Notes under the pieces: model-generated
Databases searched by the model: none
Told to the model about the DNA's origin: nothing
Seen by the model: the letters and a program-made list of their open reading frames with translations, nothing else
In this document: piece by piece, positions 1 through 14,200 of the stretch
How the letters are laid out: the number at the start of each line of letters is the position of its first letter
Position numbering within the stretch: the stretch's first letter is position 1
Translations under genes and position numbers: made by a program
Assembly: GCA_021613535.1 (NCBI GenBank)
Contig: CP075495.1
Coordinates: 12,710,001 to 12,774,000, forward strand
Direction of reading: 5' to 3'
DNA from: Adineta vaga
Taxonomy: Eukaryota > Animalia > Rotifera
Length of the DNA: 64,000 bases

Positions 1-237
1 ATTGTTGTTATTATTATTATTATTATTATTGTTATTGTTGGCAGTAATTTTTAATTTCGTTTCACAATGTCGATGTTGCATATGAGTCTTATTTTCTGGA
101 CTACTACATTCAGCTTCTTTTGATGAATAGCCAGATGATTCATGATGATGATAATGAGATTTTAATAATGATGATGTAGATGATGAAATAGGTTCATCTA
201 TTTTCAATTCCAACACATCATCACTTGAAGTGATCAT
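1..237 (-). CDS. 5' coding exon of a gene that continues beyond the window; Ser/His-rich with poly-Asn, possibly a developmental regulator
   Basis: The minus strand reads tttctatttcag|ATG then MITSSDDVLELKIDEPISSSTSSLLKSHYHHHESSGYSSKEAECSSPENKTHMQHRHCETKLKITANNNNN, open to the window edge. It is preceded by about 3.7 kb without a convincing gene. Confidence 0.6.
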   Translation of the reverse strand, partial: MITSSDDVLELKIDEPISSSTSSLLKSHYHHHESSGYSSKEAECSSPENKTHMQHRHCETKLKITANNNNNNNNNNNNN

Positions 238-482
238 CTGAAATAGAAAAGATCTATCATGTGAATCGATTACTCGTTTTTCTTCTCAGCATTCTTCCTC
301 ATTCACAACAACATATATACAGAACACTATTTTTGTATAGTGGTCGTCGGCGCAAAATTAGTTCAACAATCTTCTTCTTCTTCTTTTTCTTCTTCTTCCC
401 TCTCGCACAGGGTATATGCTTATGTGTATGCACACACGCGGCGCGCTTTTCTTTTTTTTCTTTATCCGTTTGCCTTTACGCT

Positions 483-530
483 TGTGTGTGTGTGTCTGTG
501 TGTGTGCGTGTATACGCATACACACACATA
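483..530. repeat. (TG)n/(CA)n microsatellite
   Basis: tgtgtgtgtgtgtctgtgtgtgtgcgtgtatacgcatacacacacata; explains the spurious ORFs at 261-597. Confidence 0.85.
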
Positions 531-3500
531 CGCCCGCATACAAAAACGAGGTCACCACTACAGCATTATACTGAATAGTATATGACAATTGTAACAATGA
601 TGAGGAAGAACAATGAGGACGAACGACTACGACGACATTCGATTATTTATAGATTGAAGCTGCGAACATCTTACATAAATTTTCTTCTTTATCCATTCAC
701 TAGGCACTGTATTTTATCAAGAATGATGACACTGAATAAAACACATGCGATCAAGGACAACTCATGCATGCTTCTTCACCAATATGCGCATCAAAGCTCA
801 TCTCAATCGACTCGTTTTTCTTCGGCATTTTCTTTCCATAAAATGGCAGCGACTAGTACTGATCATAATACTAAATTGAATGTTGTATGAGACGAGAAGC
901 GTGGGTGGTATTTCTTATTTATGTTTTACTTTCTTCTTTCAAAGACGCCGATGATGATGGTGAAGATGATGATCGTAAGCATAGCAGAAGAAAAAAAAAC
1001 AGAGCAAAACAGGAATTGGGACGACGATGACAACTCTAACTAAACTCAAACTCAAACTCATATCGGAAGATCGATAAATCACTTAGTAGTAGTGCACATC
1101 TCGGCCTTCCTTCGATCTATATACATGCAAATAGAGTTGGTAAGAACGACAATATAGAGGACTAGTAGTACACGACGAAAAAAAATAATGAAGTGGCCAC
1201 TTAAATCAACCCCTAGAGCTGCTGTTTAGTTGGACTCTAACCAATATACTTTGTCTCAACTGTCCAAACATGAGAACACTCACCTATATTTTGTTTTCAA
1301 TATACGATTTCTCGGATGATTCCTGCTTTTTGACTGTCTCTCGATCTATTCATCTAGTAGGAAGAGGGTGGATACAAGAATAGAATAGGAACCGATAGTC
1401 AAAGAAGAAAAAAAAAAGAGAGAAAGAAAGATTAACGCATGAACACATGTGTGGCGTAATATGCAATTATTGTTATTTATCGATATACATATACTCATAC
1501 ATAGGTTCATCGATGATAATGACAACGACAGAGACGTCGTGACGACGAAGGATTATATAAAAGACACAAATTCATATATATATATATATATATATATACG
1601 TTTATGTATATATAGAGAGCAAAAAAGGAATACTTCGAGCGAACTAGTTGTAGTATATTGTGCAATCAATACTATTCGAACATTATATGTTGTCTAATAC
1701 TAAGTATATATGGAGAATCAATCATCATATGCGTAGGTATATACGCATTTTACTCATCTTGTCATTGATGTTACTTATATGTCGATGAATATATTTGATC
1801 CATTGTTTTTGTCTATGAGGAAGAGAATTGACACATGTAAAGGAAAAGAATAGGTTGGTGTGTCTTACTTACCTACGGAAACTACTTTTTCCATCTCCGT
1901 TTCTTTTCCTATTTTACAGATAGGTGTGCTTTTGTCGTGTAAATGCGAATGTGCGCATGTTGAATAACAACAGCGAATCAATGTAAAAAAAGAAGAAAAA
2001 ATATTGTAAAGATAAGCAAGTAAAAGAAGAGAAGAGAAGAAAAAACGTGCTTGAGGTGTAATATAACGATTACAAGCCGAGCAGTAGAATTGCTGAATCA
2101 TACATGAAGAAGAAAAAAAATTGAAATAGAGAGAAAGAGGGAGGGAGGGCGAATGACTTCAACGATGGGAGGAGAAGGAACAAGAAGAGAATGTGTCGAG
2201 TATTTGAAAAAGAAAATGCACAAGTTTATCGTCTATTACCGAGTCAAATTACAAACAAAAAAAATGAATATTATTCACCAATATACATTACATACCAAGG
2301 ATGTCTCATTCCTTTTTTTTTCTCTTCTCTATATTATTAATTTTTTCCTAATTACTTTTCAATGATAGACGGAGATACTCATAACTGATCTAACTTTATA
2401 TATATATATATATATATATATGCATAAAAGAACAGCTGGGTATTTTACCCTATATTCAATTGATTGACTGAAATAGGGTACACCTGTTGTTTCGTTCGTG
2501 ATAAGATATATTTACCGTGATAAGAAAAAATAACTTCCTTTCTATGATTGCTGACTAATCTTCAATAAAACTATAGCAACTATCAACAATTATTATTGAT
2601 AAAAGATCGTTTATTCCATTAATATAAATGATTATTTGATTGACAGATTTTACTTTGATTTCTTCAGTTAAAAATATTTAACGTTCACTAAATTGTTTCT
2701 AAAGTTCAATTATAAAAGGTCATTTAATATATGATAAACATTAAAGGTCCAAAGCGATTTAATTGCTATCTTTTAATCAAATGTCGAACGCATCGATCGA
2801 ACATAAGTATGGCTTGACTTGAAAAGATTCATATCTAAAAATAAAGAAAAATTTAATCGTTTTTAAGTCGCTCTTTTTTCTCTCTTTTACTTTTGATCTT
2901 GAACAATGATATGATTTGTATGGCGAACTAATCATTAGTTTTATACAAAGGTTATAATAAATATTACTGATTATGTCAGTATTGTGTACAAATATTCGTC
3001 AAAATATTGAATTATATCATCAATTTCTTACACAATATTTCGTTGAGAGCAAAAAAAGAAAACCTTATCAAAATCGATATAAAATGGTCAATGAAGTTGA
3101 TAGTATTCTTACTTAACACGAATAAGATCAGTTTGTTCGATTAACGTCAAGTAAAACGAAATGTAACCTTTCATTTTCTTTTTCTCTTCCAATTCTTTCG
3201 TCTTTTTCTCTTTCGCTCTCTTCTTGTTCAAGTGAATATGCAAATAAATGCAATTATCATCGAACTTCTGAAATAATAAACATCAACTTGAATCATATTT
3301 TTCAAGTGTTACATCATCTGTCTCTATGATCTCTTGTTATTTACACAATCTTCTCTCTTTTTCTTTCTATTCTCGATTGATAATGATAGAACAATAGATA
3401 AAACAAAAACGTACTAAACCTATCTTGACTAGCGGCAATTTTATAGACAAAGAATAGTTTCTTATATCTAAATGGATAACCATCTATCTTTGCAGTTATA

Positions 3501-4003
3501 TATAACACTTCATTATTTGTTCGATGCATCTAATATATAATACATATGGTCTGGTTTGATTGTTCATTGGATAGAAATAATATTGGTTACATAAACAAGG
3601 CATTATGTAAAATCAGATGGTCAATCTCATAAACTTTTTTTTCTTCTTTTTCTATATCATTGTTTATATTTCTTTGTCATAACACTGTCAGTCATTATAT
3701 ATATAATGGTGATTGTCTTCTTCTACATTTCAATATAGTGTCAACAAGTTTTATTGCTTATTGGATAACAGCGATTTTCTTCTTCTCAGTTGATACCCCA
3801 ACCATATCATATTACTTTCAGTCTTGTCTAGACAATTGTTCTCTCAATAGGATACATATAAACATACTCAAGTAGTTTTATATCGAATTTAATTAATTAT
3901 TCTCTTTTATTATTACAAAAAAATAAACATAACAAAAACTTATTCTTTGAACGGTTCTCTATTTTTATTTGTGAATTATCTAACAAGATAAAAGTAGAGA
4001 CTA

Positions 4004-4788
4004 TTAGATTTGTTCGAGTTTTAACCAAGATAGATCTAGAGCTTTCATATAAGGATATGCCCAATGAAGGAATGATTTTAACCATGATCGATTGAGATAA
4101 GAAAGTGAATTTAATGTTGAATAATTTGTTTGAATTATCATTTGAATATATTGTAGAAGACATTTTTCAATAAGAATTAATTTACGCAATTTTTTTGTTG
4201 ATATCGAATGAATAAGATGTTCTAGAAGTAAATGTTGTTCAAATGGTGTAAGAACCGGTTGACCATTGTCGAATTGTTGTTGAATAAGATTTTCATGTTT
4301 CGATGGAATTGTGTTGATTTTTTTCGGATTGAAATCGTCAAGAAAACGATTGTATGCATTCGTTATATCTTGTTCAGTGATAGCTTGTTCAATATAAACA
4401 AATGGTATATGATTTGCGATAGCCGCTAAAAAATTAGATTGAACAAAGTTTATAGACGTTTTACTTTTAAGAAAAACTATTCTAAGATTTTACCGAGAGT
4501 AGGTTGAATGTTATCTTCTTCAATTTCTTTCATTATTTTTAAAAATCTCTTTCGAATATCTTTTTGATTATTAAAATTTAATTTTGTTTGTAAATAATTC
4601 ATATTTCCTTTCCAATCTTGTAAAATAATGGATTCAGATAAACGATGTATGTGACAAATTGTTTCAATATCATGGCAATCAATACTCATATCATAAACAG
4701 CTGCAGCACGATTCTGAAATCGTCGATGAGAAAGTGGAATATGTAACGACAGAGTTGGTAATTTACGTATATTCGTTTTTAACGACAT
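4004..4788 (-). CDS. hypothetical protein, 2 exons, about 240 aa, no recognisable domain
   Basis: ORF 4477-4788 (MSLKTNIRK...QPTL) joins through a GT-AG intron (about 4426-4493) to an open frame AAIANHIPFVYIEQ...LSWLKLEQI* ending at 4004. The ATG is preceded by ttttag. Confidence 0.65.
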
Positions 4789-5342
4789 ATCTAAAATATT
4801 TCTACAAGATTCACATTATTGTTATTGATATTCAAATTCAGAACTTTGAATATTTATTGATACAACATAAGATCCTATCGATAATTGTCAAAGAAAAATG
4901 ATGAATCTGGCCATTTGATTTAATTACTCACTACAAGTAAATAGATGATAAAATTGAAATAATAATTATGTTATAAATGAAACCAAGGTAAAAGGCATGC
5001 CTTGTGGGTATAAGGGAAATTGTCATTCATCATATTTTATCTGTACATCTTTCTCCTTTATGCACCATCTTTGACTGTTTTTCCCTCCTCTATTTAAAAC
5101 GACCAGCTGAATGTGATTTGATGATCGATGATAATCATATTCAGTCGTTCGTCATGTGGATATTCTTTTTCTTTTCTTTCGTTCGCTTTTCTTCATGTCA
5201 TCTATATATATATATATATATATAGTTGAAAATTATAAATAGTGTATCACTTTCTGTGTAAAACTAGGCGATATATACATAGCCTAAGAACATTAACCTA
5301 GTTAAATTCGACGTGTGAGTCATAATTCATTTCATTAGTTAA

Positions 5343-7423
5343 ATGGTGCGACAGAAATTTGTGATAAATCCTCTTGAAAAGCAAACAACTGGTTCATGTA
5401 ATGGTCGGGGATTTGATCATTTCAAAACATTTTTGATACGACTTACGAAACGTAAAACAATTACACAATTACAGACCGAAGCTGATAATCAAAATGAATT
5501 GAAGCGTACATTAGGTTCATTTCAATTATTAGCATTAGGTGTTGGTGGTATTATAGGTATGCAAAAATTAAAATAGAAAGTATTTGAAACATATAACTTT
5601 TTATGATAGGTACGGGTATATTTGTATTGAGTGGTGAAGCAGCTGCGAAATATGCAGGTCCTGCTGTTATTCTTTCGTTTATTCTTGCTGCTATTGTTGC
5701 TGGACTTGCAGCATTTTCTTATGCTGAAATGGCTTCGATGGTTCCGATTTCTGGCTCTGCTTATTCATATACTTATGCCAGTATGTTAAAACATTCGTTC
5801 AAAATGTAATTTCAAATATTTTCTTTCATTTTTTTCTACAGCTATGGGTGGTAAGTAATTCTATCTATATCGTAGTTCAATTGAAAATAAAGATTATCTT
5901 TCTTATTTTTCTCTATTGATAGAATATTTAGCATGGATTATTGGATGGGATTTAGTATTAGAATATTTATTAGCTGCTGCTACTGTTGCTGTTGGTTGGA
6001 GTGGTTATGTTGTTCATTTCATTGAAACAATATCGAAACATAATGCAACAGAATGGATTGTTGACGCACCAGTTGCTTGGAGTGAAGAATCGAGCATGTT
6101 CTTCACTACTGGAAAAGTTATTAATTTGCCCGCAGTCGTTATTGTTCTTGCTTTGACGATGTTACTTTTAGTTGGAATTGGTGAATCAGCAAAAGTTAAT
6201 CTTATTATTGTAATCATCAAAGTTACAGTAGTCTTATTATTTATTTTTGCATGTTGTGGCTATACTCATCGTAATAACTATACGCCTTTTTTTCCTCCAA
6301 ACGAAGGTAGTGAAATATTCGAAAAAAAGTGATATTTTATGGTTATCATTTGATTAATCTAGGTGCTTTCAATAAATATGGTGTGACGGGTATGTTACAT
6401 GGTGCAACAGTCGTGTTTTTTGCGTATATTGGTTTTGATTCGGTGACAACAACAGCACAAGAAACAAAAAATCCACAACGTGCATTACCAATTGGTATCA
6501 TTGGTTCACTGGTTATTTCTACAGTACTCTATATAGCTGTATGTACTGTTATGGTTGGTATCGTACCTTATAGAACACTTGATTCACCGAATCCTATTTC
6601 TGAAGCAATGTAACTATACCATTATATTTGATATATATATATATATCTGTATTGATACTCATTCATATATTCTAGTAAAGGTACTCCATATGGCATTTGG
6701 TTACCAATTATAATCGATTTAGGAGCAATTGCAGGTTTAACAAGTGTAGCTCTTGTAAGTCTTCTTGGTCAATCACGTATCTTTTATTCAATGGCTCACG
6801 ATGGACTTTTACCACCGATATTTGCAAAAGTTCATTCTCGTACAAAAACACCTTGGGTATCAACAATTATTATTGGTAACATTGAGTTTTCTTCCGTTTT
6901 TATAAATAATATTTTCATTTATCATACCATCTCGTTTAGGTGTTGCTTGCGCAATATTTGCAGCTATCTTTCCTCTAGGTATTCTTGGTGAAATGACATC
7001 CATTGGAACATTAGTTGCCTTCTTTCTTGTACATCTTGCTGTAATTATTGTAAGTTAATACAGATGATTAGTTGAATTTTTTCATTGACTCTATTTTAGA
7101 TGCGTTTTACACATAAAGAAGTTCCACGTGGTTTTCGAGTACCTTTTGGACCGTGGATTATTCCTCCTCTTGGAGCTTTACTTTGTCTTTTACTTATGAT
7201 AACATCTTCGAAAGAAACAGGCATTCGACTTGCAGTTTGGATGGGTATTGGTCAGGTTATATATTTTACTTATGGCTATTGGCATTCAAAGTTACGACAC
7301 TCAAACCGAATTAACGAAGATACAGCTATGGATAATCTTGGTATACAATCCGATGAAAAAGTATCTTCAAATGAATATGTAGAGGAACAATCTGATGTTA
7401 AAGTTGAACAAGTAGTTGGATAA
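5343..7423 (+). CDS. APC-superfamily amino acid permease (CAT/GkApcT/YfnA-like), 8 exons
   Basis: Motifs GVGGIIGTGIFV, GPAVILSF, YAEMASMVPISGSAYSYTYATMGE, WIIGWDLVLEY, FFAYIGFD, QETKNPQRALP, SRIFYSMAHDGLLP, FRVPFGP. Exons approx. 5343-5556, 5610-5780, 5842-5850, 5923-6306, 6363-6609, 6676-6875, 6940-7049, 7100-7423. Confidence 0.95.
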
Positions 7424-7998
7424 TAACTTCTATAAATATTTTACTCAATTTGTTAATTTTTAACTCTTTCTTTTTCGAATCTTTTTCAAAGTTTTATATA
7501 AATAATATCTATGAACCGATATATGAAAATATATGATTCAATTCTAATCTTCTTATTATTATTTCTTTATAAAAGAAAACTAAAAATGAATATATTACAT
7601 TGATTTTAAAAAAACGAAGAAGAATAAAAAGAAGAAGCAAATAAAACTGCATTAAAGATTGAATTTTATTAAGATAACCAGAATAGAAAAATAAGTTGAT
7701 CATTCTATATTTCATTCGATAAAGATCATTTTCTGATAAAGATAATGATGCATAAAAAAGAAAAGAAGAAATTTGCTTCTAGCACCTATCTCATGTCAAT
7801 AAAAATCGATACGAACAAAAGATAAAATGTACTGTAAAAATGATTGTCTCATGACAAACGCAAGAAAAGAAAATAATTTGAAACAAGAAAGACAAGATAT
7901 ACATAGAAAATCATTCGAGGAATTATTGTAAAGTTTAAATTTCATTTTTCTATTGCTTTGGAATGAGATGTCACCGGTAGAAGAAAATAGTGCAACTC

Positions 7999-10815
7999 TT
8001 AAAGACGTTTATGTTGAATAAAATTAGATGAAGAATTTAATTGTTGAGTACGTTTATTAATATTTGTGACTGTTTTTGATGATGATAGAGTATAATCAAT
8101 AAGATTTAGATTAGTCGAATTCTTATCAGAACTTGATGATTGTTGACGTTTTAAAGATGATGAGATTAATTTCTGACTAGGAAGAGATTTATTTGAAATA
8201 TAATTAATCTGAGATTCAGGATAATGATATGGATCAGAAATCATTTCGTGATTAACATTCTAGAAATCAGACACATAAATACAGAATCGATGATTGACAA
8301 CAGAAAAAAGAAGAAATCAAATTACCCGTATAGAAGGTTGATTCAATTTTCGTTGCACATAATTAATATGAGTGGAAAATTGACCGTTTTCTATTGGTTG
8401 TGAATGTTCTGTATCATCAAGATCAGAATTCTTTGAAACCATACGAGTTAAAACTATCGATTTATTCGAAGAATTCATTGGTAATTTTTCATTTTTATCA
8501 GTAGAAATAACGTCTTGTTGATAACGATTGATGGATGATGGATAATGTTGATGATAGATGACAAGTTGAGGATTTGATAACGAAGTATCAATCCAATCTA
8601 AATAAAGAAAAACATCGATATGAATAAACAAAGTAATTTCTAAATTGAATACTTGAATGATGATTATTTTCATTTTCATTATTGATATGTTTTTGATTCT
8701 TTTCAAGATTGTATTCATGCATGCATGCATCAATATAATTTTTAATCATATTATCTGATGATTTAGGTTGTTTGGGTTGAAAATTTGTCACAATAATTGT
8801 AAGAATTTGTGTATGACGATTGAATAATGGTGATGGTTTACGTCGTTCATTGAGATTTTCATTGATAATCGATGAAGTTGATGTTTGACTGTGTTGATTT
8901 TTTAATGATGCTCGTTTAGCTGAAGAAAATGGATGAATAAATGTTCGACGAATAATTTTTGAAAATGAATTAAATGATGATCGAGATAATTTCTTATTTG
9001 GAATTGCTGATGTTGAATTGATTTCATTTGAAGAATCTAAATTCTCTCCTCCAACTAATGTTTGATCTTCATGTGTACTAAGCATTGTAGTTGTTGATGA
9101 TGATGATGAATTGAAATTATTCATTGGTGAATATTCTTTTGAAAGATTTAAATATTTTTCGAGAACATCCATTCGACTTTCTTCATAGTTTGGATATAGA
9201 TGAATTTTATCATCGGATAATTCTTCATCAATAGGCCATTGAAAATTTAAACCTGGATCAATTAAAAAATGAATAGGCAATACATCAAGTGTTTCAATAT
9301 CGATTAATGGTATTCGATATGTAACTAAAAATACAATGAAAAGAGAAATTAGAATGAATTGAAATCAAACTAAATGAAATACTTTTCGAGATTGATTTGA
9401 TATTTTGTTCCATTGGTACTAATGCTGAAAAATGAGCAGCATCAAATGCCAAGAATACCTGATTGAAATTGAAACAAAAATGTCATGAAAGAAACAAATA
9501 TTCTATAAACTTACTGGTTGTTTATGACATTTATCCGGTGGAATTTCTACATAGAATGAAGAAAAACAATGAAAAATTTATATTTATCAAGAAATTTTAC
9601 CTAATGGTAAATAGATACCACCGAATTCAATAGGTGATATAGCTTCACCATCATTCGTACGTAAGATTGTATCTGAATAGATAACAATAGGTCGACGAAT
9701 ATTATTTGCAAGAACATAAACATGAAATTCTTCTAAACTTTCATAATATTGTCGAGGAGATGATGAAGTAGGTTTTCTTGCGTCTACAATATTGATTTGA
9801 GTTGATTTAGAAGAATCAAGTCTATTTGAAAGAAACAATATGAATATATGTATCCAATTCTGTGAAAGAACCCACTCATCACTCGAAGGATTTGAATCCG
9901 ATGATTTTGTTTGTAATGTACGTGGTTCAGCTGATGATAATCGTAATAAACTTTTCCATTCTTCATTCCATTCTTGCTCCGAAAAAACTAGACCATACTA
10001 CAAAATCAATGATGATTTTTATTTACTCGAACATTTTTCTTTGTATACCTTTTTATTTTGTACTGATTGTGCCCAACGCCAACGTCGATAGAGAGAATTA
10101 TTTGGTTTTGAAGTTATCAATGTTTCATTCAATGCTTTACGCATCGATAATGAATGATCATGAAAACCCCACATAGCTACAAGAAATCATTGAAAAATGT
10201 TTATTCAATGAAGATTTTCTTTCTTACCAAGTGATGTAGCATGTAATAGACAATTTCCATCGCCCGTTGTTACTAATGGATACAATTTTGGACAAGGAAG
10301 TTTTTTATTAACCCACCAATTTAAACGTTCTAACAAAAATGAAATTATATAAAATAAAATCATCAACTTTCATACTTGTTTCTTCTAATGAAACCATTGT
10401 TGGTGTGTCAACAAGACTATCCATAACACGAATTCGAATATCCTCTGGTAATTCATATAAATTCGGTAGAATAAATGATGATTCAGCATCATTATGATCA
10501 ATCGTAACAATTTCATCATTGATTGATGTACGACGATAATTATTTGCTAAAACATCTCGTTGATTATTGACAAGTGTTTGATTTGCTGAAACAGTTGATA
10601 ATGCTCGATGTAAGATTGGATTTGTATTTGGATCAACATCTAAATGAAATGTACTTAGAAATAAATAAAAAAAGAATCTCTTTTATTTTACTTGATCGTC
10701 GTAATTTTACATCTTCAGATAAACCATTTAGATGTTCATTTGCATTCGTAAGATGATTGTTATTAAATGTATCTTCATTTCTATCATTATTATGATATGA
10801 AGAATAAGGTTGCAT
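7999..10815 (-). CDS. OTUD7: A20/Cezanne-family OTU deubiquitinase (OTUD7-like), multi-exon
   Basis: Spliced [26 protein letters not shown] (catalytic Cys), [46 protein letters not shown] (catalytic His), followed by a long Ser-rich tail. Confidence 0.88.
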
Positions 10816-11261
10816 TCTCTATTATTTATTTGACATAATTTTAAAAATTGATGCTAAATTTCTATGAATGAAATTTTCGCATAGATATATTATTGATGGA
10901 AATTTAATATGACGGTATTGACAACTTTCAACTACTAATAAAAAAACATATTGACAATGATGTTTTGTTCTGATTTTACGACAAATTATTTTGTTTATTT
11001 ATCTATAAAATCATAGATCTTAATATTTCTTTTAGGAATATAGGTTGAAATAAATTTGTTTTTATAATTATTGATTAAGATTAAGAATAATATTCAAAGT
11101 TTTGAACGATAATATTTTATTACAAATAAATGAACAGATGTCACTTTCATTTGATTGTAGAAATCGCCATTGATTGGTTGGTTTGTGGTTTTGTCATAGT
11201 TCGATCGTTTTTTGTTGCACTAAAAAGATTTTGATATTTAAATGAATTTAATATAAACATA
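10816..11261. promoter_or_regulatory. divergent promoter region OTUD7/XPO5
   Basis: Head-to-head starts about 450 bp apart; inverted CCAAT (tgattgg, about 11171-11177) and cagatgtcact at 11135-11145. Confidence 0.55.
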
Positions 11262-14200
11262 ATGAACGATTTATCCAAAACAAATCAGTTTTTTCATGAA
11301 TCTGTAAGAAGAAAAAAACAAATTATCAATTGAAAAAAATTCGACTAAATTTCAAATTTGTTTCTGTTAAGATCGAAAAGAAAATTGAACGAGAAACAAT
11401 GCTCTTCACTCCTGAATTGTATGAAAAAGTGATTGCTGCTATTCTTTGTTCATTCAATCCAACAACAACGAATTTTGAAAAACAAAATGCATTAAAATTT
11501 CTTGAAGATTTAAAAGATAATCATTCTATCATATGTTTAACGATTGCATTTGAATTATTGAAACAATTAAATAATCAACCAATTCTTCATCATTATAGTT
11601 TACATCTATTAGAATCAATTATAAAACATAAATGGAATCTATTGAAAAATGATGATAGAAATCTTGTGAAGAAACAATTATTTTCACTTGTAAAAAGTAC
11701 TTATTTAAATCAGATATTTCTTGAAGCAATTTATATAAGAAATTCACTAGCAAAATGTCTAGTAGAATTAATCAAACGAGATTGTTTTGAAAAAGTTAAT
11801 ACAACATTAGATGAAATCGTTACGATGATACAAGAAATCAATCAAATTCAAGGTTTTGTTATTTTATTATTTAAGGAATATCGAAATTCAATTTGTTTTC
11901 TTTAGATAACAATTCCACTCAATTAGAATTAATCTTACTTGTGTTTCGTTTTCTTAACGAAGAATTAACACTCTATGCACAAACAATTCAAGCTCAACGT
12001 CGTCGACAAATTTTCAATCAAATACAAAAACGTTTAAATGATATTTTACCTTGTTTAATTCGTATATCCAATGATCTTTCGATCATTCCTGATCAACATG
12101 AACGTTTAACTCAAACATGTCTATTAACGATGAATAGTTTTCTTACATGGGTTGAATACAATCATTTTGAACAATATGAATTATTTCTTTGTGAATTATT
12201 TTTGAAATTTTTTCAATTAAATTCAGTTAAATTACGTCATGCATCATTTGAATGTTTATTAACTTTAGTTAATAAACGTTTAGCAAGAAAACAATTACAA
12301 CAACAACAACAACAAAGAAATAAACGTATTGCAACATTACCTTCAGCAGCATTGAATTGTCAACAAGAGAAACTTTTTCTTAATTATCTACTCGGTGATA
12401 ATACATTGGAAATGTTCTATCGACTTTTAATTAGTCCAACTGTAAGTTTAAACATACTCTATTCTTCTATATAGTTCAATAATATCAAATGAATTTTTTT
12501 CAATTTTAGGATTCACTTGAACAATTACGTTCAATCGTTTCTAATGATCATATTAATTGTTTGAAAATGCTTGGACAACTTCTTGTTAAATTATCAAATA
12601 ATTTATTACAATTATATCAACAACTAGCAACAAAATCCATTGATGATAATGAATTTTTAACATTTGTTAATGAACGAACACGTTCATTTTTACAATTTCT
12701 TCTTCTACTAAATCAACATCCATTTCATTTATTATCATTAAATTCTTATCAAGCATTGAATTTATTTCTTACAAGACAACCAACTTTATTATCTAATGAA
12801 CAATTTTGTTTAAAATTAATCTTTAATCTCAAACAATCATTACATCGTATTCATTTTCCATCATCAACCGAAACAATTCAAAGTTCACCAATGGAAAATG
12901 ATGATGAAATCTTAAAAAAACAATTCCTACATAATCAACAATGTTTTATTTATGCTCTATTCGAATATGATAGTGAAGAACAATTTTTCTGGAAATTTTT
13001 TTCACAATATCGAAGTGAATTACAAAAATTGATTAAATCATTCATTGGTTTATTCTTTATAGAAATTCTTCCCGGTAAATTTACTTCGATATTTTGTTTT
13101 TGTTCCATTGAAATCTTTTCATTTTGTATTAGATCGTTCGAATGAAATTGAAACAAATATTTTATGTTTAAAATCGATTTTGGAAAATCTTTTCATCTAT
13201 CTCGAATCACTTGTTCAACGTACACCAATGACAACAACAAATTCACTGTTATCTATCTATTTAATTATCGAATGGGAAGCATTCTATCTTCTTCTCGATC
13301 ATGTTCTCTTTCTTATACGAAAAGAATTATTTTCTTCAACAAATTTATCGATAAATTCCCAAGAAAAATTTCAATCATTACTAATGACATCAACAATGAC
13401 TGAACAATTCTTGCGAACATTGAAATTTCTTTTACAATTTACACCGAATTTAAGTGAACATATTCATGGACATGTTTTAAATCTTCTATCATGTATGTTT
13501 TTTATAACACAACATGAACAAACATTAGCCATACAAATTATTCAACGATTATTATCAACATTTCAATTGTATCAACAACAAGCATTGAGTAAGAATATCA
13601 ATCTTTCTTTTTTGTCTAGTTTGAATATCTGTTTTTTTGAAATTCAATAGATGGAATTAATTTAAATGAATGTGATGTTATGCAAACTCAATCATCAAAT
13701 GCATTTTTATATTTATGTAAAAATTTTCCATCGAAAATGATTGAATATTATTCAGAATTATTTCCATTTCTTTGTCAATTATATAAAAATGAATTTCAAT
13801 TCACAAAAACTTGTTTATCTGTTACAATTGATGAATTATCAAGTTCAACATTGAAATTACTTGATTCAATACAAATTCTATTTCATTGTAAATTACAAAA
13901 GAATCAAAATCAATTCGAAGATTTTTATGAACTTATTCGACCTATCTATGAAGTTTTAAATCTTTCGTTAACATCAGAAACAATAACTGAATTTATAGAT
14001 TATTTAGATTTATGTTCCAATCAAACCAATCAAATGAATATGACACGTTATCGACGACGAAATCTTATGCTTGCTTTACATTGTTTATGTTTACTATTAC
14101 GTTATTCCAAACAACAAAGTGATACAAACATACGTTCAAGAATATCCGTTTGTCTTCGACCTATTCTATCCGATTACATTATCAAAGTGACACAATTTTG

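Noticed and set aside
261-890. Several overlapping 80-105 aa ORFs
   Set aside because: They arise from (CTT)n and (TG)n microsatellites; the translations are low complexity with no splice or homology support.
3341-3875. Short ORFs suggesting a gene remnant
   Set aside because: I could not build a consistent spliced frame or recognise any motif.
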